Positions 29,900 to 45,580 of a DNA stretch of 64,000 nucleotides are shown here, one piece after another. Made by a program: the position numbers and the translations under genes. A model generated the notes under the pieces. The model had not been told where the DNA came from and did no database searches. It saw nothing but the letters and a program-made list of their open reading frames with translations. Numbering within the stretch: the stretch's first letter is position 1; each line of letters begins with the position of its first letter. Source of the DNA: Octopus sinensis (Eukaryota); NCBI RefSeq assembly GCF_006345805.1, contig NC_042999.1:83948001-84012000 (forward strand), written 5' to 3'.

Positions 29900-32800
29900 A
29901 CCTGCAAAATGTACATTGTTTCATTTTATAGAGACCAACGTTTTGCTTTTATTCTTTGTGCTACTGTGTTATTCAATCAGTCGAAATTTACCTGTTTCTA
30001 AATCAGTCGTCAGGCGGTCGCCATTTTTGTGTCCAAGTATCGGTTTTTTGAAATATCTCCAGTTCCTGCTATGTTGTGATGCATGCGTAAAATCAGCCAG
30101 GATCGTGTTTCAAGTCTTTTGTTTTATGTCTTCAGTCCATAAACATGTTTGACAGCATTTTGCTCTCTTTCCCCTCAATACTTCCTATCAGGCTGGTCTT
30201 GAGCAGTGAGTCACAGCGCTTTTTAATATGATAGCTTTGTAGGCTTAATTGTCGAAAACAGGTGTCATTAGGCTTTCAGAATTTCTACTATTGCATCATT
30301 TGCTACCAGTTTATTTCTCAGGGTATCCTACCCAACCTACGAACGTCCCACATCGCATATGCTCTTTTCCTTAAAGTTATGTACAATGTCAAGCTCAATG
30401 CCCAGTAGGTGACAGCTGGTATAATAAAGCAGTTTATTAGTCTCAATTTCATATGTAGTGTTATGTCAATTGATGTAAAACATTTTTTTTCATTCTTATT
30501 GATGCGAAATCATTATCAGATATATTTAATCTCACTCTGGTTCAGATTATCAGATCCATTTCTCCATTTGTCAGCGCACAATAATTATGGAAATTCTAGA
30601 TAGTACATTCAAATAAACCAGCTCTATTAACAAGACAGAAAGTCGAGCATATCATGTAGAAATGGAAGTAATATCATTACAAGTCAAGATTATGATAAAA
30701 CTATTCCCATCCACATTTAAGGAAGATTTTCAGGAAAACTGTTACATTACCCTTTTTTTATTATGTTTGTATAGGCGCAAGAGTGGCTGTGTGGTAAGTT
30801 GCTTGCTTACAAACTACATGGTTCCGGGTTCAGTCCCACTGCGTGGCACCTTGGGCAAACGTCTTCTACTATAGCCTCGGGCCGACCGAAGCCTTGTGAG
30901 TGTATTTGGTAGACGGAAACTGAAAGAAGCTCATCGTATATATGTATATGTGTGTATATGTGTTTGTCCCCCAACATCGCTTGACAACCGATGCTGGTGT
31001 GTTTACGTCCCCGTAAGTTAGCGGTTCGGCAAAAGAGACCGATAGAATAAGTACTAGTCTTACAAAGAACAAGTCCTGAGGTCGATTTGCTCGACAAAAG
31101 ACGGTGCTCCAGCATGGCCACAGCCAAATGACTGAAACAAGTAAAAGAGTAAAAGAGTAAAAAGTATAGTTGTCAAATATACTCATTTCTCCATTTGGTT
31201 GCATTAGGTATATTCTATATTTGGGTACTTATCATTTCTGAAGGAAGTGTTGAATTTCTAGTTTTCTTGCCAAGACACTTTCAATGCACTTCACCTCCGA
31301 TACTTTATCTTGCAGTTTTCGTTTAAAACGTGCATGTCGTTGACTTCAGTATCTATATGTCATTTTAATTCCGCTATAGAACTTCCTAATAATTATTCTG
31401 GTTCTCTTTTATGTTTTCTTATGGAATATACTTGATCAAATGTTGCTTATCCTAAGTTCCTATCATTCTTTGTTAATTTTCTATTTTCTGATTTTGGTAT
31501 CTTGATTAATGAATAAACTCCTACGTTTCTGACTTTGTCATTGAATATCATTGAAAATCAATTTATACTTCATTTGGCTCTTGGCTTGAAACTAGTTTCA
31601 AACTATCCTATATATGCGGAGTAAATTGCTTTGTTTGTTCAGAATATTTATAAAACTGCAAGTTTCCTTTGGCATATATACTAATAGACTCAGAAAGTCG
31701 TCTAAAGTAAGCAGTTTTCCTGAAAATTTTCCTTAAATGTTTTATTATAATTTTGTCATGTAATGATAGTGCTTCCATTTCTGGATGGCATGGTTGATTT
31801 ACCGTTTTGTTAATAAAACTGCTTTATTTGAATATCGCATCTAGAATGTCTGTAATTATTGTTTCGCTGACAAATAGTTTTCGGTAATCAATTCATATAA
31901 TTTTCAGTCATCTGTTTTTGTTCACCTGCTCTCAATAAATACTCAGTTCATAAACAACTTATATTTGCACCCATATATAGCCTCGAATTTATCTCGGCTT
32001 CTCTAGTAAGATATATATCCTTGAAGCGGAGTGACAGATAGAAGTGATGACTTAGCATATTGCACATAAAATGGTTATTTGCAGCAGTTCTGAAATAGGT
32101 TGATGTTCGTTTTTGTTTCGTTTCTACCTCGTTTTTTGTAGAAATTCATTCAATGATTTTACTGTTGTGTCGTATATAGTGTAGGAATCTTTCATTTAAA
32201 AATGCCTTTTATAGAAGAACCGTCTAGTGGTTCATCCTTTTTTCTGCTTCCAAATTCCCCTTGTTATACTGACGCTATCATTAAGCTTTTATTATTCTAC
32301 ATTTGCTTGTTCTCTCTGGATCTCTTACATTCTGATTTAATGTGTTCCCTCAATATAATTATATTTGCATTGATCTTTCTTTTGTCTGCTGTGATGAGTT
32401 TCTTTTTTTATTTTTAATATGGATGCTTTGGTGGAATATCTAAATATGTTTTCAAACAGGTTCTGCTTTTCAACGAAACTTATTCGGCAATTCTTTGTCA
32501 GAAATGGCTCCATAGCCAGGCCTCTTTCATTTTCACTTATTGTATCCACTTAATATTAGTACACCATATAGTTTCTGTTAGATCATTCTTCAATGTTGAC
32601 AACACTGCTCTGTTGCGTGATATAATTTTCCTTGATTTTTATGTAGTAGGTCGAGATATATATTTATTATGGCGTATTATTCACATAGATGATTATGTGG
32701 TATTTCATGCAGTCATCAACGTTGTAGATTTTACTTACAATCTCTGTGTAACTATTTTCGATTTGTTGTGATGACTTCTCCCTTTCTTGCTGTTATCATA

Positions 32801-32900
32801 TCTTCAGAGTTCTATTATGTTTCATGTGTTATTGCTATTATTGTTTTATCTTCATAGCGTTTTGACTATTTATATGTTCTGTCTGCTGAGTTGTGCTGAT
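29900..32900 (-). mobile_element. Heavily degraded RTE-like LINE (APE to RT C-terminus), interrupted by a SINE
   Basis: Scattered motifs: SENERGLAMEPFLTKN (APE NERG..L..F...N), MKLRLINCFIIPAVTYW and LWTEDIK...SRNWR. Many stops. Confidence 0.45.
30774..31163 (+). mobile_element. SINE family S1, full length
   Basis: High similarity to 1711-2143. Confidence 0.9.
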
Positions 32901-33539
32901 TTCCATTGTTTTTGGAAGATTATTCTGTTAGTTGACTGTAGATTCTTTGGTTCTTATATATACCTATTTCCCGTAATAGTTCCGAAGTATTTCTAAGGCT
33001 TATTACGAATCTATGTAATTCGCTAATGCATTTGAATCCACTTCTATTAACTACATTGTGAATGTCATAGTGTGAACGTGTGATGTATATCATGGCCGTG
33101 CTGTAGAGTTTAGAGTTAGACGGGATGACCATGGACTTTCTAGGTCTGTCAACTTGATTCGTATTATCTAGATTGAGAATATCCAGTGCTATGTCTGCAA
33201 AAGGATATAGAGAAAGAGCAGGAGGGAGAGAGAGAGAGAAGGAGAAAAGAAAAAAGTGGAGAGAGAGGGGGGATAGCAATAAGGAGAGATAGATAGAGAA
33301 ATGATGTATGTGAATGTATGTGGGTGTGATTATAAATAGGGGCTTTTGGTCGAAATGCATAATTTTCGTTTTTGATGGAATTAAATAGCATGAAGCAGAA
33401 TATTTATTATTTTGGCCAAGTCACTTTGAATGCACCGGTTCTCGCTCCTTCGCCGAAGTTAAGCAACGAAGAGACTAGTTAATACGTAAATGGGTGACCG
33501 CTTGAGAAACCTGTGTGCAGTAAGCACCTCACATACAAA

Positions 33540-33750
33540 GGCAGCGAACTGACAGAATTGTCAGCACGCCGAACAAAATGCTTAGCCGCATTTCGTCCGT
33601 CTTTCCTTTCTGAGTTCAAATTCCGCTGAGCTTGACATTGCCTTTCATAATTTCGGTGTCGAAAAAACAAGCACCACTTAAATAATGGGTCGATGTAATC
33701 GACTTGCCCGTATCCCACCGAACTTGCCACGCCTTGTGCCAAAATTTTAA
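33540..33750 (+). mobile_element. SINE family S2, diverged
   Basis: ggcagcgaactgacagaattg...ttctgagttcaaattccgc...gcctttcat. Confidence 0.7.
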
Positions 33751-33784
33751 ACCATGTTTATTATTATCATCATCATCATCATCA

Positions 33785-33845
<61 letters not shown>

Positions 33846-33847
<2 letters not shown>

Positions 33848-34010
33848 TATGTTTGACTTTTGCTTTATGTCTGTACAAGTTGGCTCCAAGTCTCACCCAG
33901 AGACCTCAAGAGACAACAGCTTGGAAGTTCTGTGCCATATATTTGGGGTTTTTTTTTGGGGGGGGGTGTTGTACTAGTGAATGTCCAATACATAAAAATA
34001 AAATTTTAAA

Positions 34011-34042
<32 letters not shown>

Positions 34043-34599
34043 AAATAAAAAAAGTTTGTTTTAAACATTGGGATTACATAGAGAGTATTTTGCGTAGGAT
34101 ATGAGCAGTTCCCATGAGCACTATCTTTTGAATTTATGCCATTTTGGGGTTTCCTGGTATCTGAGTTAGGTAGCAATCAGCCCCTTTCGCTATCATTCCC
34201 AGGGCACCTATGACAACAGGTATTGTTTAGTCTTCAGCTTTCACATTTTGCTGATTTCTATTTCAAGATCTTTATATTTGCTCAGTTTTTGTAGGTCTTG
34301 GCAGATACGTTTATATCGATTGGGACAGTCATATCAATGAGGAGGCATGTTCTTTGTTTGAAGTCTTTCAATATGATGTCTGGCCTATTTGCATCTATCG
34401 TCCTGTCAGTTTGAATGGTGAAGTTCCAGAGGAGTGAGATGTGGTCATTTTCAAGCACTGGAGGTGGATTGTGTTCCCACCAGTTTTTTTCATGGGGCAA
34501 ATCCAGGTTTTTGCAAATTACCCAGTGAATATATTGTGCAGCTCTATCATGCCTGTTGAGGTACTCTGTAGGCGCTAGAAGACTGCATTTGGAGACAAC
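33846..34599 (-). mobile_element. 5'-truncated R4/Dong LINE, second family
   Basis: Nearly collinear with 9958-10670 (RPDIILKDFKQRTCLLIDMTVP); flanked by (TAA)n. Confidence 0.88.
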
Positions 34600-34865
<266 letters not shown>

Positions 34866-36433
34866 TCAGTAGTCTTATTTCTATCATGTACTTCCACTGC
34901 ACTAACGAGCACAGTTCCGTGTGCTTGGGTATGTGCTGTAGTTTGTTGTGTTGCTTTTATTTTTAGTGTATTGAAAGTGTTCTGCGTAGGATGTGTAAGA
35001 TGCCTAGTAGTGCCATTTTCTGTATGTTATATGTATTTGTAAGTCTTGGTGTTTTTTGTTATATATTTGTCTGAATATCTTTTTATCATACCTAATGCGC
35101 CTACTATGATAGGAGTTGTTTCTGTTTTTAGATTCCATATTCGAGTTACCTATATTTCCAAGTTTTTGTATTTTGAAAGTTTCTCCGTTTCTTTTAGAGA
35201 ATCATTGTCATCTGTTGGTATTGGTACATCGATTAGAAAGCATTTCTTCTTCTTCATGATCTCTGACAACTATATCCGGCCTATTGGCCTTAATTTCTCT
35301 ATCTGTGTGTATTGGTTACTTTCTTATTTTCTGTGACCTTGTCTGGTGTGTGCCTATACCATCTATTTTCTATTATTATTCCATAGAATTGGCATAGCTT
35401 CCAGTGTATATAGGTGCCAACTCTGCTGTGTCTGTGAATATGTTCCTTCTTAGCCAGGACTGGGCAGCTAGAGATAATATGATTTATTGTTTCTTGTCCA
35501 TCTCCACATATTCTGCAGTTACTTGTAATATTTCTTTTCGTTAAATGGTTTTGGTAATTTCTGGTGGGGAGGACTTGTGCTGCCACTAAAAATTCTTCAG
35601 TCTCTGTTTCTCAGCCATTGTTGGGATTTTGCTTTGGTTATCTCTTTTCTCAGCAGTTTAACCCAGTATTTGCCATGAAGTGGCTTTTCTTGCCATAGTT
35701 TTATCATGATCCGTTACTGTTCAAGTTTTAGTTTGGACTTCAGTTGTTTTACAGCTTTTGTTGTTTCTTTTTCTTCATAGTTGTTAGGTAATATGACTTC
35801 ATTTTTGTATTTGTCTGCTTCCTTAAAATCTGACAGCAGTTTTTTGTTTTGTACGTGTTTTGTGGCTATTTGTATTAGTTTTCCTTGCTTTTGAAGTAGG
35901 TATTCTTGTAGTGGTTATTTCGTGATAGTTTTCTAACTGTATAAGGCCTCTACCACCTTCCATACTTTGTATATATAACCGTTCCATATCAGATTTTGGG
36001 TAGTGGATCCTAAATCCTGTTATTATTTTTCTCGCTTTCTTGCCTGTTTTGACTAGTTCATTTAGAGTCTTAGTTCATCAGAGTTCTAGCAGTAACTTAT
36101 AACTGGAACGGCTAAAGTGTTGACAACTATTATTTTGTTTTCACATTGAGCTCTGTTTTCAGTTTTAATCTAACTGGTCTACAGTATTCTTTTCTTATTT
36201 TCTCTTTCATTTCTGTGTGTTGTATTGCATCTAGTTCAATGATTCCTAAAAATGTGTATGTCTGCCTTTGGTCTAATTCTCTTATTTCATTTGCTTTTGT
36301 CGAGTGTGATGTTGCTACACTTAACTAGTCTTCCTCTCTTCAAGGTTGGTTTAGCACATTTCTTTAAGCCAAACTTCATGTTTATTTCTTTGATAAATCT
36401 ATGTACTGTCTGTAATAAAGTTTCCAGTCTATC
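34866..36433 (-). mobile_element. 5'-truncated R4/Dong LINE related to the first family
   Basis: AAQVLPTRNYQ, CRICGDGQETINHIISSCPVLAKKEHIHRH; collinear with 6758-8350. Confidence 0.85.
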
Positions 36434-36491
36434 ATTGTTGTTGTTGTTGCTGTTATTGTTATTATTGTTGTTATTATTATTATTATTATTA

Positions 36492-36534
<43 letters not shown>

Positions 36535-37269
36535 GTTGTTGTTGTTGTTATAATTATTATTCAATTTTGTTTCCATTTCTTTTTCTTGCCGAGTATCTTC
36601 CTGACTCTTTGGGCAAAAGATTCACCGTATACATTAATATGCCATTAAAATAGACACAGCAGATTGTTCATTCATAAAATTAAATAAAGTTATGCCGGGA
36701 AAAACATTGACATGGATGATAATTTAAATCTCACCGAGATCGACAATACCTTTCATCCTTTCTAGGTCGATAAAATAAAGTACAACTTAAATATTAAGTT
36801 TGATATAATCAACTAGACCCCTCCCTCTAATTTCAGACTTTTGTCTATATTAAAACCAATCATAATTATTATTGTTGTTGTTGTAGTTGTGGTGATGTTG
36901 GTATCAACAGAACAACGTTTCGAATCCCACGTTTGTTCTTGATAATATTTTTTGTTGTTCTAATTGTTTAAATTTTAGTGTCCATAGGGGTAGCTGGTTT
37001 TATTTTTTCCCTCGTCCTTTGGGAGCTCAAATTTGTTAGAAATGTCTTCAAATTTTCCTTTGAGAAACTTATTTATTACAAACATGACATTATCCACAAA
37101 TGGAACTGATGGAAAACATATGTGGTGACTGGAAAAGACAGATGCTGCATGAGGAAACGGAGCAATAATTTCAAGCCTTAAAAGGTCAAAGCTCAATAAA
37201 TCGCACTAGTACTATAGCAGTAATCAACAGAACCACCAGCAACAAAAACAACAACATTAAAACAATAAC

Positions 37270-39430
37270 ACCAGTAGTGGTAGCAAAGACGGCATTCTGC
37301 ACATGGAAAAGGATATGTATCTGCATTGATGAAAGCTCATTAAATTACAGGTGTGCTACGAAAGCAACCAACAATTGCAATAAAAACAATAACAACTACA
37401 AGAACGAAAGTAACGTTTCCGAAAGTCAATAAACAACAGCAGCGGCAATGATAGAAAATGCAACATCGACGGGATCTGTAACACCGGCGGTATCGACAGA
37501 TATAGAAGTAGAGACACAAGCAGTAGTAACAGGAACTACTGTGAACAAAACCACTGAGAACCGAACAGCGACGGATAAAGAAGGAACTAAACAACCTTGG
37601 TGATAAAGGGGAATTTCAGAAGATATAAACACCTTAAACAGTGTAGTGTCAATACTTGTCAGGAAAAGAAATTGAGAACTTAAGAATGAGTGCAAATTCG
37701 AAAGCGTTAGGAAAAAGTATGGTGTAGACACAAAAGGCCTTAATTTTGTAACTGACGAACTGAGACATCGCATACTTGCGAAAAAAGCAAAGCTAACTAG
37801 GTCTGAACAACGGACTAAGCAATACCGTGGAAAAATGAACTGATATCTTATAGGGAAAGCTTGGGCAACCTTGGTATCAGAAAAAGCATTTTACATGGTG
37901 ATTGTTTATCTCCGTTGCTTTTTGTTCTCTGCAGGTTACCCCTGACCTTGGTACTTAGGAAAATAAAACTGGGGTACCAACTAAAGGAAAAAACTCAAAT
38001 AATCAACCACCTCCTCTTCATGGATGATTTGAAACCGTATTACAAAGATGAGATACAAGTGAGTTCCTTGGTGAGCACGGTCCACTGTTTCAGTGCTAAT
38101 ATTAGAATGGAATTTGAACTTAAGAAATGTGGAATAATCTACCTAAAAAGAAGCAAGGTACAGTTCAACGAGATAATGGAGAAGGAAACTAAGCTTGGTG
38201 TTGCGCTCAAAACTGACCAGAGGAAATAAAATCCAAGCATTAATACGTAGGCGATACCTTCACTTTAGTATGGAAGGGGAATTATAAAGTGGCAAAAATG
38301 GGAAAAATTGATACCAAGACCATAAAAATGTTAACAGTACCCTAAGAGGGACACCGATAAGTTGTACTTGTTCAGAAGAAAGAGTGGGAAAGGTTTGATC
38401 AGTTGTCAGGATTGTATCGAAGCAGAGGGAAAGTTTAGGGTGGTATGTAAAAAATGCCGTGGAGTCATTGCTGAAACATACGAAGAAGACCAACGTCATC
38501 AAAATAAATGAAAAAATGTGTAAAGAAAGAAAAATTAAAGAAGAAATGAACACACACAAAAAAGAAAGAAAAAGCATGGAAAGAAAAGCGTGGTCAGTTT
38601 ACAAGAGATGTGAAGGCCAAGACAAATACAAAGGACCGGTGGCTATGGTATGAGAAGTGACCTGAAGATAGAGACAGAAGCACTCATATGCCTAGCTCAA
38701 GAACAGGAGTTAAGGACCAGCTGTGCTAAGTGCAGAATAAACAGCACTTCTTCTAGCGACAAATGTAGAATGTGTTGTGAGAGAGGTGAAATGGTATGAT
38801 ACATCGTTAATGAGTGTCCAAAATTGGCACAACACAAATACAGAAGGCGACTTGTAAACGAGACAACAATGACCCATTGGGAGCTCTGTGGAAATCTATT
38901 GCTTACAAAGGGCAAAGACGTGGTATTAGAAAACCCCAGAAAGAGTCATCAAGAATGAGGATTGCAAAATCTCGTGGGATGCAGTGGTTCAGTGAGATCT
39001 CCCGACCAGACATTGGAAACCGAACATTGTTGCGGTGAATAAAAAAGAAAGAACTTGCATGATTATCGACATAGCACACCTTGGTGATAACAGGATCAAT
39101 GTGAAAGAAGGTAAAATAAATAAATATGACGATTTAAAGTGGAAAATACGAAGTGGTCAATGAGGAGAGTAGACATGATACTAATAGTAATAGGTGCACA
39201 TGGAAGTATCAGCACTCAACTATGAACTTGACTGAAAAAGATTGATACAAGTACTCACTGGTGTAGAACACCTACAAAAATCAGCGTTACTTGGAATTGC
39301 AAGAATTCTTCGCAGGGTTCTTGAAGTATGACCAGTAAACAAGTGCCACCTTAGTCTGCTGGCTGTGGACAGCTGACAATTTCCATCATACCCAGCAAAA
39401 TAAGTTGTGACTTTTTCATATCTTAATAAT
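37270..39430 (+). mobile_element. Degraded R4/Dong-related LINE
   Basis: IRKSILHGDCLSPLLF, INHLLFMDDLKPY, zinc-knuckle and endonuclease remnants; many stops and deletions. Confidence 0.75.
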
Positions 39431-39537
39431 GATAATTATAAAAATAAATTACGAAAACTGTAAACCTCAGCAAAATCTATAAAATGAAAAGAAAAAATTC
39501 AATGATGTAAATAACAGTATATACATGCACGCACGCA

Positions 39538-39598
<61 letters not shown>

Positions 39599-39604
39599 GT
39601 ATAT

Positions 39605-39810
39605 ATGCTGGGCGAAATTCGTAGCAGTATTTCGTCTGTCGTTACGTTTCGAGTTCAAATTCCGCCGAGGTCGACTTTGCCTTTCATCCTTTCGGGGTCG
39701 ATAAATTAAGTACCAATTACGCACTGGGGTCGATGTAATCGAGTTAATCCCTTTGTCTGTCCTTGTTTGTCCCCTCTATGTTTAGCCCCTTGTGGGTAGT
39801 AAAGAAATAT
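39605..39810 (+). mobile_element. SINE family S2
   Basis: gagttcaaattccgccgaggtcgactttgcctttcatcctttcggggtcgataaattaagtacc. Confidence 0.85.
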
Positions 39811-39812
39811 AT

Positions 39813-39936
<124 letters not shown>

Positions 39937-40288
39937 TGTAAAAACAATTAACAGAATGAGATAAAAAATCCAAGGCTGTGAATAGTTTTCAGAACATTTA
40001 TAAAGAGAAAGTCTTACAGATGTTTCCGGGACAATTTATATATCCCTTCATCAGAGATGATGCAAGAAAATGTTTAACTAATAGTTATTATAGAGACGAT
40101 ATGAAATACAGAGTGAAGTGGAGGAATGAAAATAGATGTCAGATACGTCTGTATTTGCAGTTCCATTATTTAAGCAGAATGGTGTATATATGTTTCCTGC
40201 ACCATGTGAGTTCCAATGGTATTTATAATTAGTCATTCGCGCATAGAGTATGGTATTATTATTATCATTATTATTATTATTATTATTA

Positions 40289-40365
<77 letters not shown>

Positions 40366-40600
40366 GCCTTTGCACTACGTCTAACGCTGGAGATGTACTA
40401 CGGTGACAGCTGTTCTCTACCAGTGAACTAAGGTAACACCCCTTAATTTTCGAGCACCCTCCGTTGTATTCGATCGGTTCCAAGCAGTGCTGTCTTCTGC
40501 ATGTGCTTCACCCTTATTGCAGCCCCAATTTGTTCCATGTACTTCTCAAAATTTTTATTCACTCTTACCAGAGGTCTGACAATTATTGGTACTACGACTA
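40366..40600 (-). mobile_element. 3' stub of an R4-related LINE next to (TAA)n
   Basis: Reverse-complement similarity to 42880-43025. Confidence 0.7.
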
Positions 40601-41189
40601 CCATTTTCGTGACGCGGCAGAAGGCTTAAATACAAAGACGATTCAGCCAGCCAAGCAGCCAAATTACCCCAACAATGTCGCATTTTATAACTTGAAGAAG
40701 AGAATCTTTACTATAACTAATGCGGCGTATTTGGCGTTCTCGTTTATTTGCATGGAAATTTAGAGATTTTACATACACACACGAAGCAGGAAAGAACAAA
40801 TATACAAGGCCTTTTTCTTCAAGTTTAAAATTTGATATTGTTGTAATTTCGTTATATCTACATTCCACAACACATAAATGCATAAAAACAGAACAACCAC
40901 ACATACACACAAAGCGGAACAAGTACGTACACGCACATACACACACACACGCACACACACACACACACACACACAACACACACACACACACACACACACC
41001 ACACACAGGAACAAGCACGCCCGCACGTACAACCCACGATGAAAGGTGAAGTCGACGTCAGTGGAATTTGAACTCAGAACGTAGTGACAGCCAAAACACC
41101 GTAAGCATTTCGGCGAGCGTCCTAACATAATGAGGTGTAAAGGTGGACGTGGGGTTATTAGCATACGGGAGTGCATCAACAGTGAAAGG

Positions 41190-43030
41190 AGAAATATGGC
41201 AGAATATTTGGTAAACAGCAAGCAAGACTTGCTATTGTATGCTGTTAATACAGAAGGATTTAGCAAAAATTAACTTGGAAGTGCTAATGAATTCCGATCA
41301 TGAATAACCAACGACAGAGACGAAACACTACTTCGCATGGAATTACATGCCATGGATAGATTATGGTAAGCCATACAATATGATCCCACATCTTGGATTA
41401 TGGAATGTATGAACTTATTTGTTATATCATTTAATGTTTCGCGATTGCTTGGAAAAAGTATGGCGAAGTAGACGACGGAACTGACAACATATGGAAGAAG
41501 TTTAGGGAAAATAGAAATCAGGAAAAGCATCTTCCAAGGGGACTGCCTCTCCCCACTGTTCTTTGTGCTGTGCTTGATAACACTAACACTGACTCTGAGG
41601 AAAACAATTGATGGGTATGTATTCAAATGCCGCCAAGAAAAAGTCAACCACTTGTTATTCATAGGTGAAATTATAGTGAAAATAATATCCCAAGTCAGTT
41701 CCCTCGTTGATACGGTGTATACTTTCAGTGCTGATATTAGAATGGTGTTCGAACTGAAAAATGAGTTGTGTGTTAATCTTGAAGAGAGGCAAAATCAAAT
41801 GTATGGACGGGCTAGCGATACTGTCGGGGTTAGTTATGAAGCAAATAGTAGAGCCGGGGATATTGGAAATGGATAAATTGATGGAGGAGGAAATGTCAGA
41901 AAAATTTAAGGTGGAGTACTTGCCTAGACTGAGACCGATCCGTAAATCGAAACTAAACGGACGGAAGAAGGTTGAAGCTATAAATACCTAAGTCGTTTCA
42001 CTCCTTAGATGTGGTGCAGGGATAATCGCATGAATAGTAGACGAACTAAAGGGCTTAGACAGAAAGACAAGGAAGTTGCTGACTAGATTTGGTATACTCA
42101 ACCTAAAAAGCGACACAGACAAACTGTATGTACTAATAAAAAGATCGGGGAGAGGACTAATTGGATCCGAACACAACATTAGAGCAGAAGAAAACAACAT
42201 ACCATGGTATGTAAAAATGCCACAGAACAGCTATTATTGGAAGTGAGAACGTCAGGCTTATGTAGGATGGAAGATTGCAAAGATAAAGCACTGTACACGC
42301 ACTTGAGAATGAATGAAACTGAAAATAGATGGATGAAAAAAAGAATGCATAGACAATTTTAAAGATGGCTATGGATGACTAAAAGTGATTTAAGACCGGA
42401 AATATGTGTTGCTCAAGAACAAACATTAAGAACCCATTACATCAAATAGACAACAAATTGGAAAGTTATAAGTGCATAATCTGTGAAACTGTATGGCATA
42501 TTACCAGTCAATGTTCGCCACTAGCCCAGAAAGATTATAAGAGACGTCATGACAACTTAGCAAAAATTGTCCATGGGACACTTTGCAACAAGTATGGACT
42601 TGACAGAGCAAAAAGGTGGTACGAACATAAACGCGAAGGAATCATCGAAAATGATAATGCAAAGATCTTACTGGATTTTATGATTCAGTTTGACCATGCG
42701 ATACAGATTGGAAACCAAACATAGTGTTAAATGAGAAAGAAAGGAAACGATACTGGGTCGTAGATATAGCGTGCCCAGCTAACAACAAGGTATGTGATAA
42801 GGAATAAAGAAAAGTCGATAGATATGACGGATTAGCTTGGTAGGTTAAGCAGCTGGTGCCGATGAAAAAGGTGGCACTAGTACCAATAATTGTCGGAGCC
42901 CTGGGAACAGGGATAAATATCTTCAGAAGTACATGGAACAAATAGGGGCTGCAATAAGGGTTGAGCACTTGCAGAAAACAGCACTGCTTGTAACCGCTGA
43001 AATACTCCGGATGGTGCTCGAAAGGCAAGT
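41190..43030 (+). mobile_element. Degraded R4/Dong-related LINE
   Basis: RKSIFQGDCLSPLFF, EKVNHLLF and CSPLAQKDYKRRHDNLAKIVH. Confidence 0.75.
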
Positions 43031-43997
43031 AAATATACACAGTATACACTGAAAAAGAAGAAACATATACATAACATACAAAGGTTTAAAAAAAACGATT
43101 GCAGGGAGAAAGATTGAGATGTAGCACTCGTGATACAAGAGGACCGCTAGAGGAAATCAAAGAACCCCACTAACCGAGATTTCCCTGAATACCAAGAGTT
43201 TCTTTTCTCCGACTTGCAGTTCTACATTGAGTGAGGTACCATCCACTCTTGCCATTTTCGCAACTTTCCCCCAACTTTCAGTAAACTCACATGAGGACAA
43301 CACATACGCCATAGAAACCGGGGAAACCAGGCCCATGAGCCTAGAAAAGGGTGCATGGATTATTTATTTTATCAAAACTGAAACAGTTTCACGTATTGTC
43401 AGTAAGTGTAGCAAATTGGCTCAAAAATCGATTACATCGACTCCAGTGCTGAACTGGTGCATATAATATCGATCCTGAGAGGAGGAAGGGTAACATTAAC
43501 TGCAGTCAAGGTGAGAACTCAAAAGGAAATGAACAGTAGCTATATGGGACAGGGGCGTTCAGTCTGATACTGTAAAGATTCTGAATATTGACTGGTATAA
43601 TTTCTATATCTTATAATGACCCAAGGTCATAATATTTTGGAGGTTTGTAGTCTATTAAATTAATCCCCAGTATTTTATTGGTACTTTATGTATCGACCCG
43701 AGAAGGATAAATAGCAACGTTCACCTTCACAAGATTTGATCTCTGAATAAATAAAGCATTTTGTTCGCCGCTTTATTGATTTGGCCAATCCACCGTTGAT
43801 AAAAATAATAAAAATGATTGTGTTACCAATGACAATAAACCCAGTAACAATAACAGCAAAACAAAAATAAAAATATTAATCATTATCATCTTCATCCTCG
43901 TCGCTGTCCTTATCATCATCATCATCATCATCATCATCGTCGTCGTCGTTGTCGACCTTGTCGCCCTCCACATCATCAGCATCCCTAACGTCATCGC

Positions 43998-44099
<102 letters not shown>

Positions 44100-44899
44100 C
44101 ATTGCTGTTCACACATTTTATTGAAGACAGTTAACAGTCAAGCACAGTTATATTATCATAGCAATCTTTCGGTTTTAGGCATACAATGATGATAAATGCA
44201 AAACGCTACTACAATCACCCATCTGGGAATAAATATTAATATGATACAACCCATACATACTTATAAGCATATATTACTAAACGCAATATATAAATATACA
44301 TAGATTGTGCACATGGATATACGTATTTAATATGTTATTTCATGTTTCATTCAGACAATGTATAGACCAGTAGAAAACCCATTTATATCGCATATTAATG
44401 CCAACGCGATATTCAATTTTATTTGCAGCAGATGTGCTGACTACCAAACTGCGTGTATACTTACATATATACTTACATACATACGCACACACACGCATAC
44501 AGATATATGTATGTATGTATACATGTATACATACACACACACACACTCATATATGTGTATATTATATTTATGCAGTCGCATATATATATTCATGCTTATA
44601 AGCACATGCACACATCAATTTGTATGGAATACCATGTTAGTTATAAATTCATGTTATTTTTCTTGTCCTTATATTTTCAATATTTCAGTGATTGCTGTAG
44701 ATTTCCCTCAAAGGAGCCAACATGATAAATTCTCATTGTAGGAATGGTTTACCATCTACGATATTAGGTATAACCACATGCACACTTTTATATATACAAA
44801 CTTACATTCATGCATGTGTATATATATGCACATCCACGTCTATGCACATATCTGTACATGTTTCCATAAATACCTATATACATGCACACATACGCATAG

Positions 44900-45128
<229 letters not shown>

Positions 45129-45526
45129 CGGGGGAGAGAGAGCAGAGAGATAGAGAGAAAGATAAAGAGAGGGGAATAAATTTTCTCAAGTCACAAATGA
45201 AAAGACGTTTCACTGCCGATACCAGTATATGTAATGGAGAGAGTGCACAACATTAAAAATGGTGTTATTACAAATGTATTAAGTTCCAAAACCATGGGAA
45301 AGACTTATACATGCAGAAAATAGATTGAGAAACGAATATTAAAGCCAATTATACGTATATTATATATCGGAGCGAATGCATTAAGTTCCTGATGTATATG
45401 TGAATGTTTGGGCATATGTGTATGCGTTTGCGAGTACTTGTGTATAAGCGGAACGTTGGGTTTCTGCGTATGCATGAATATATGAATATATATGTTTGTT
45501 TGTGTGTGTATATGCAATATATATAT

Positions 45527-45580
<54 letters not shown>

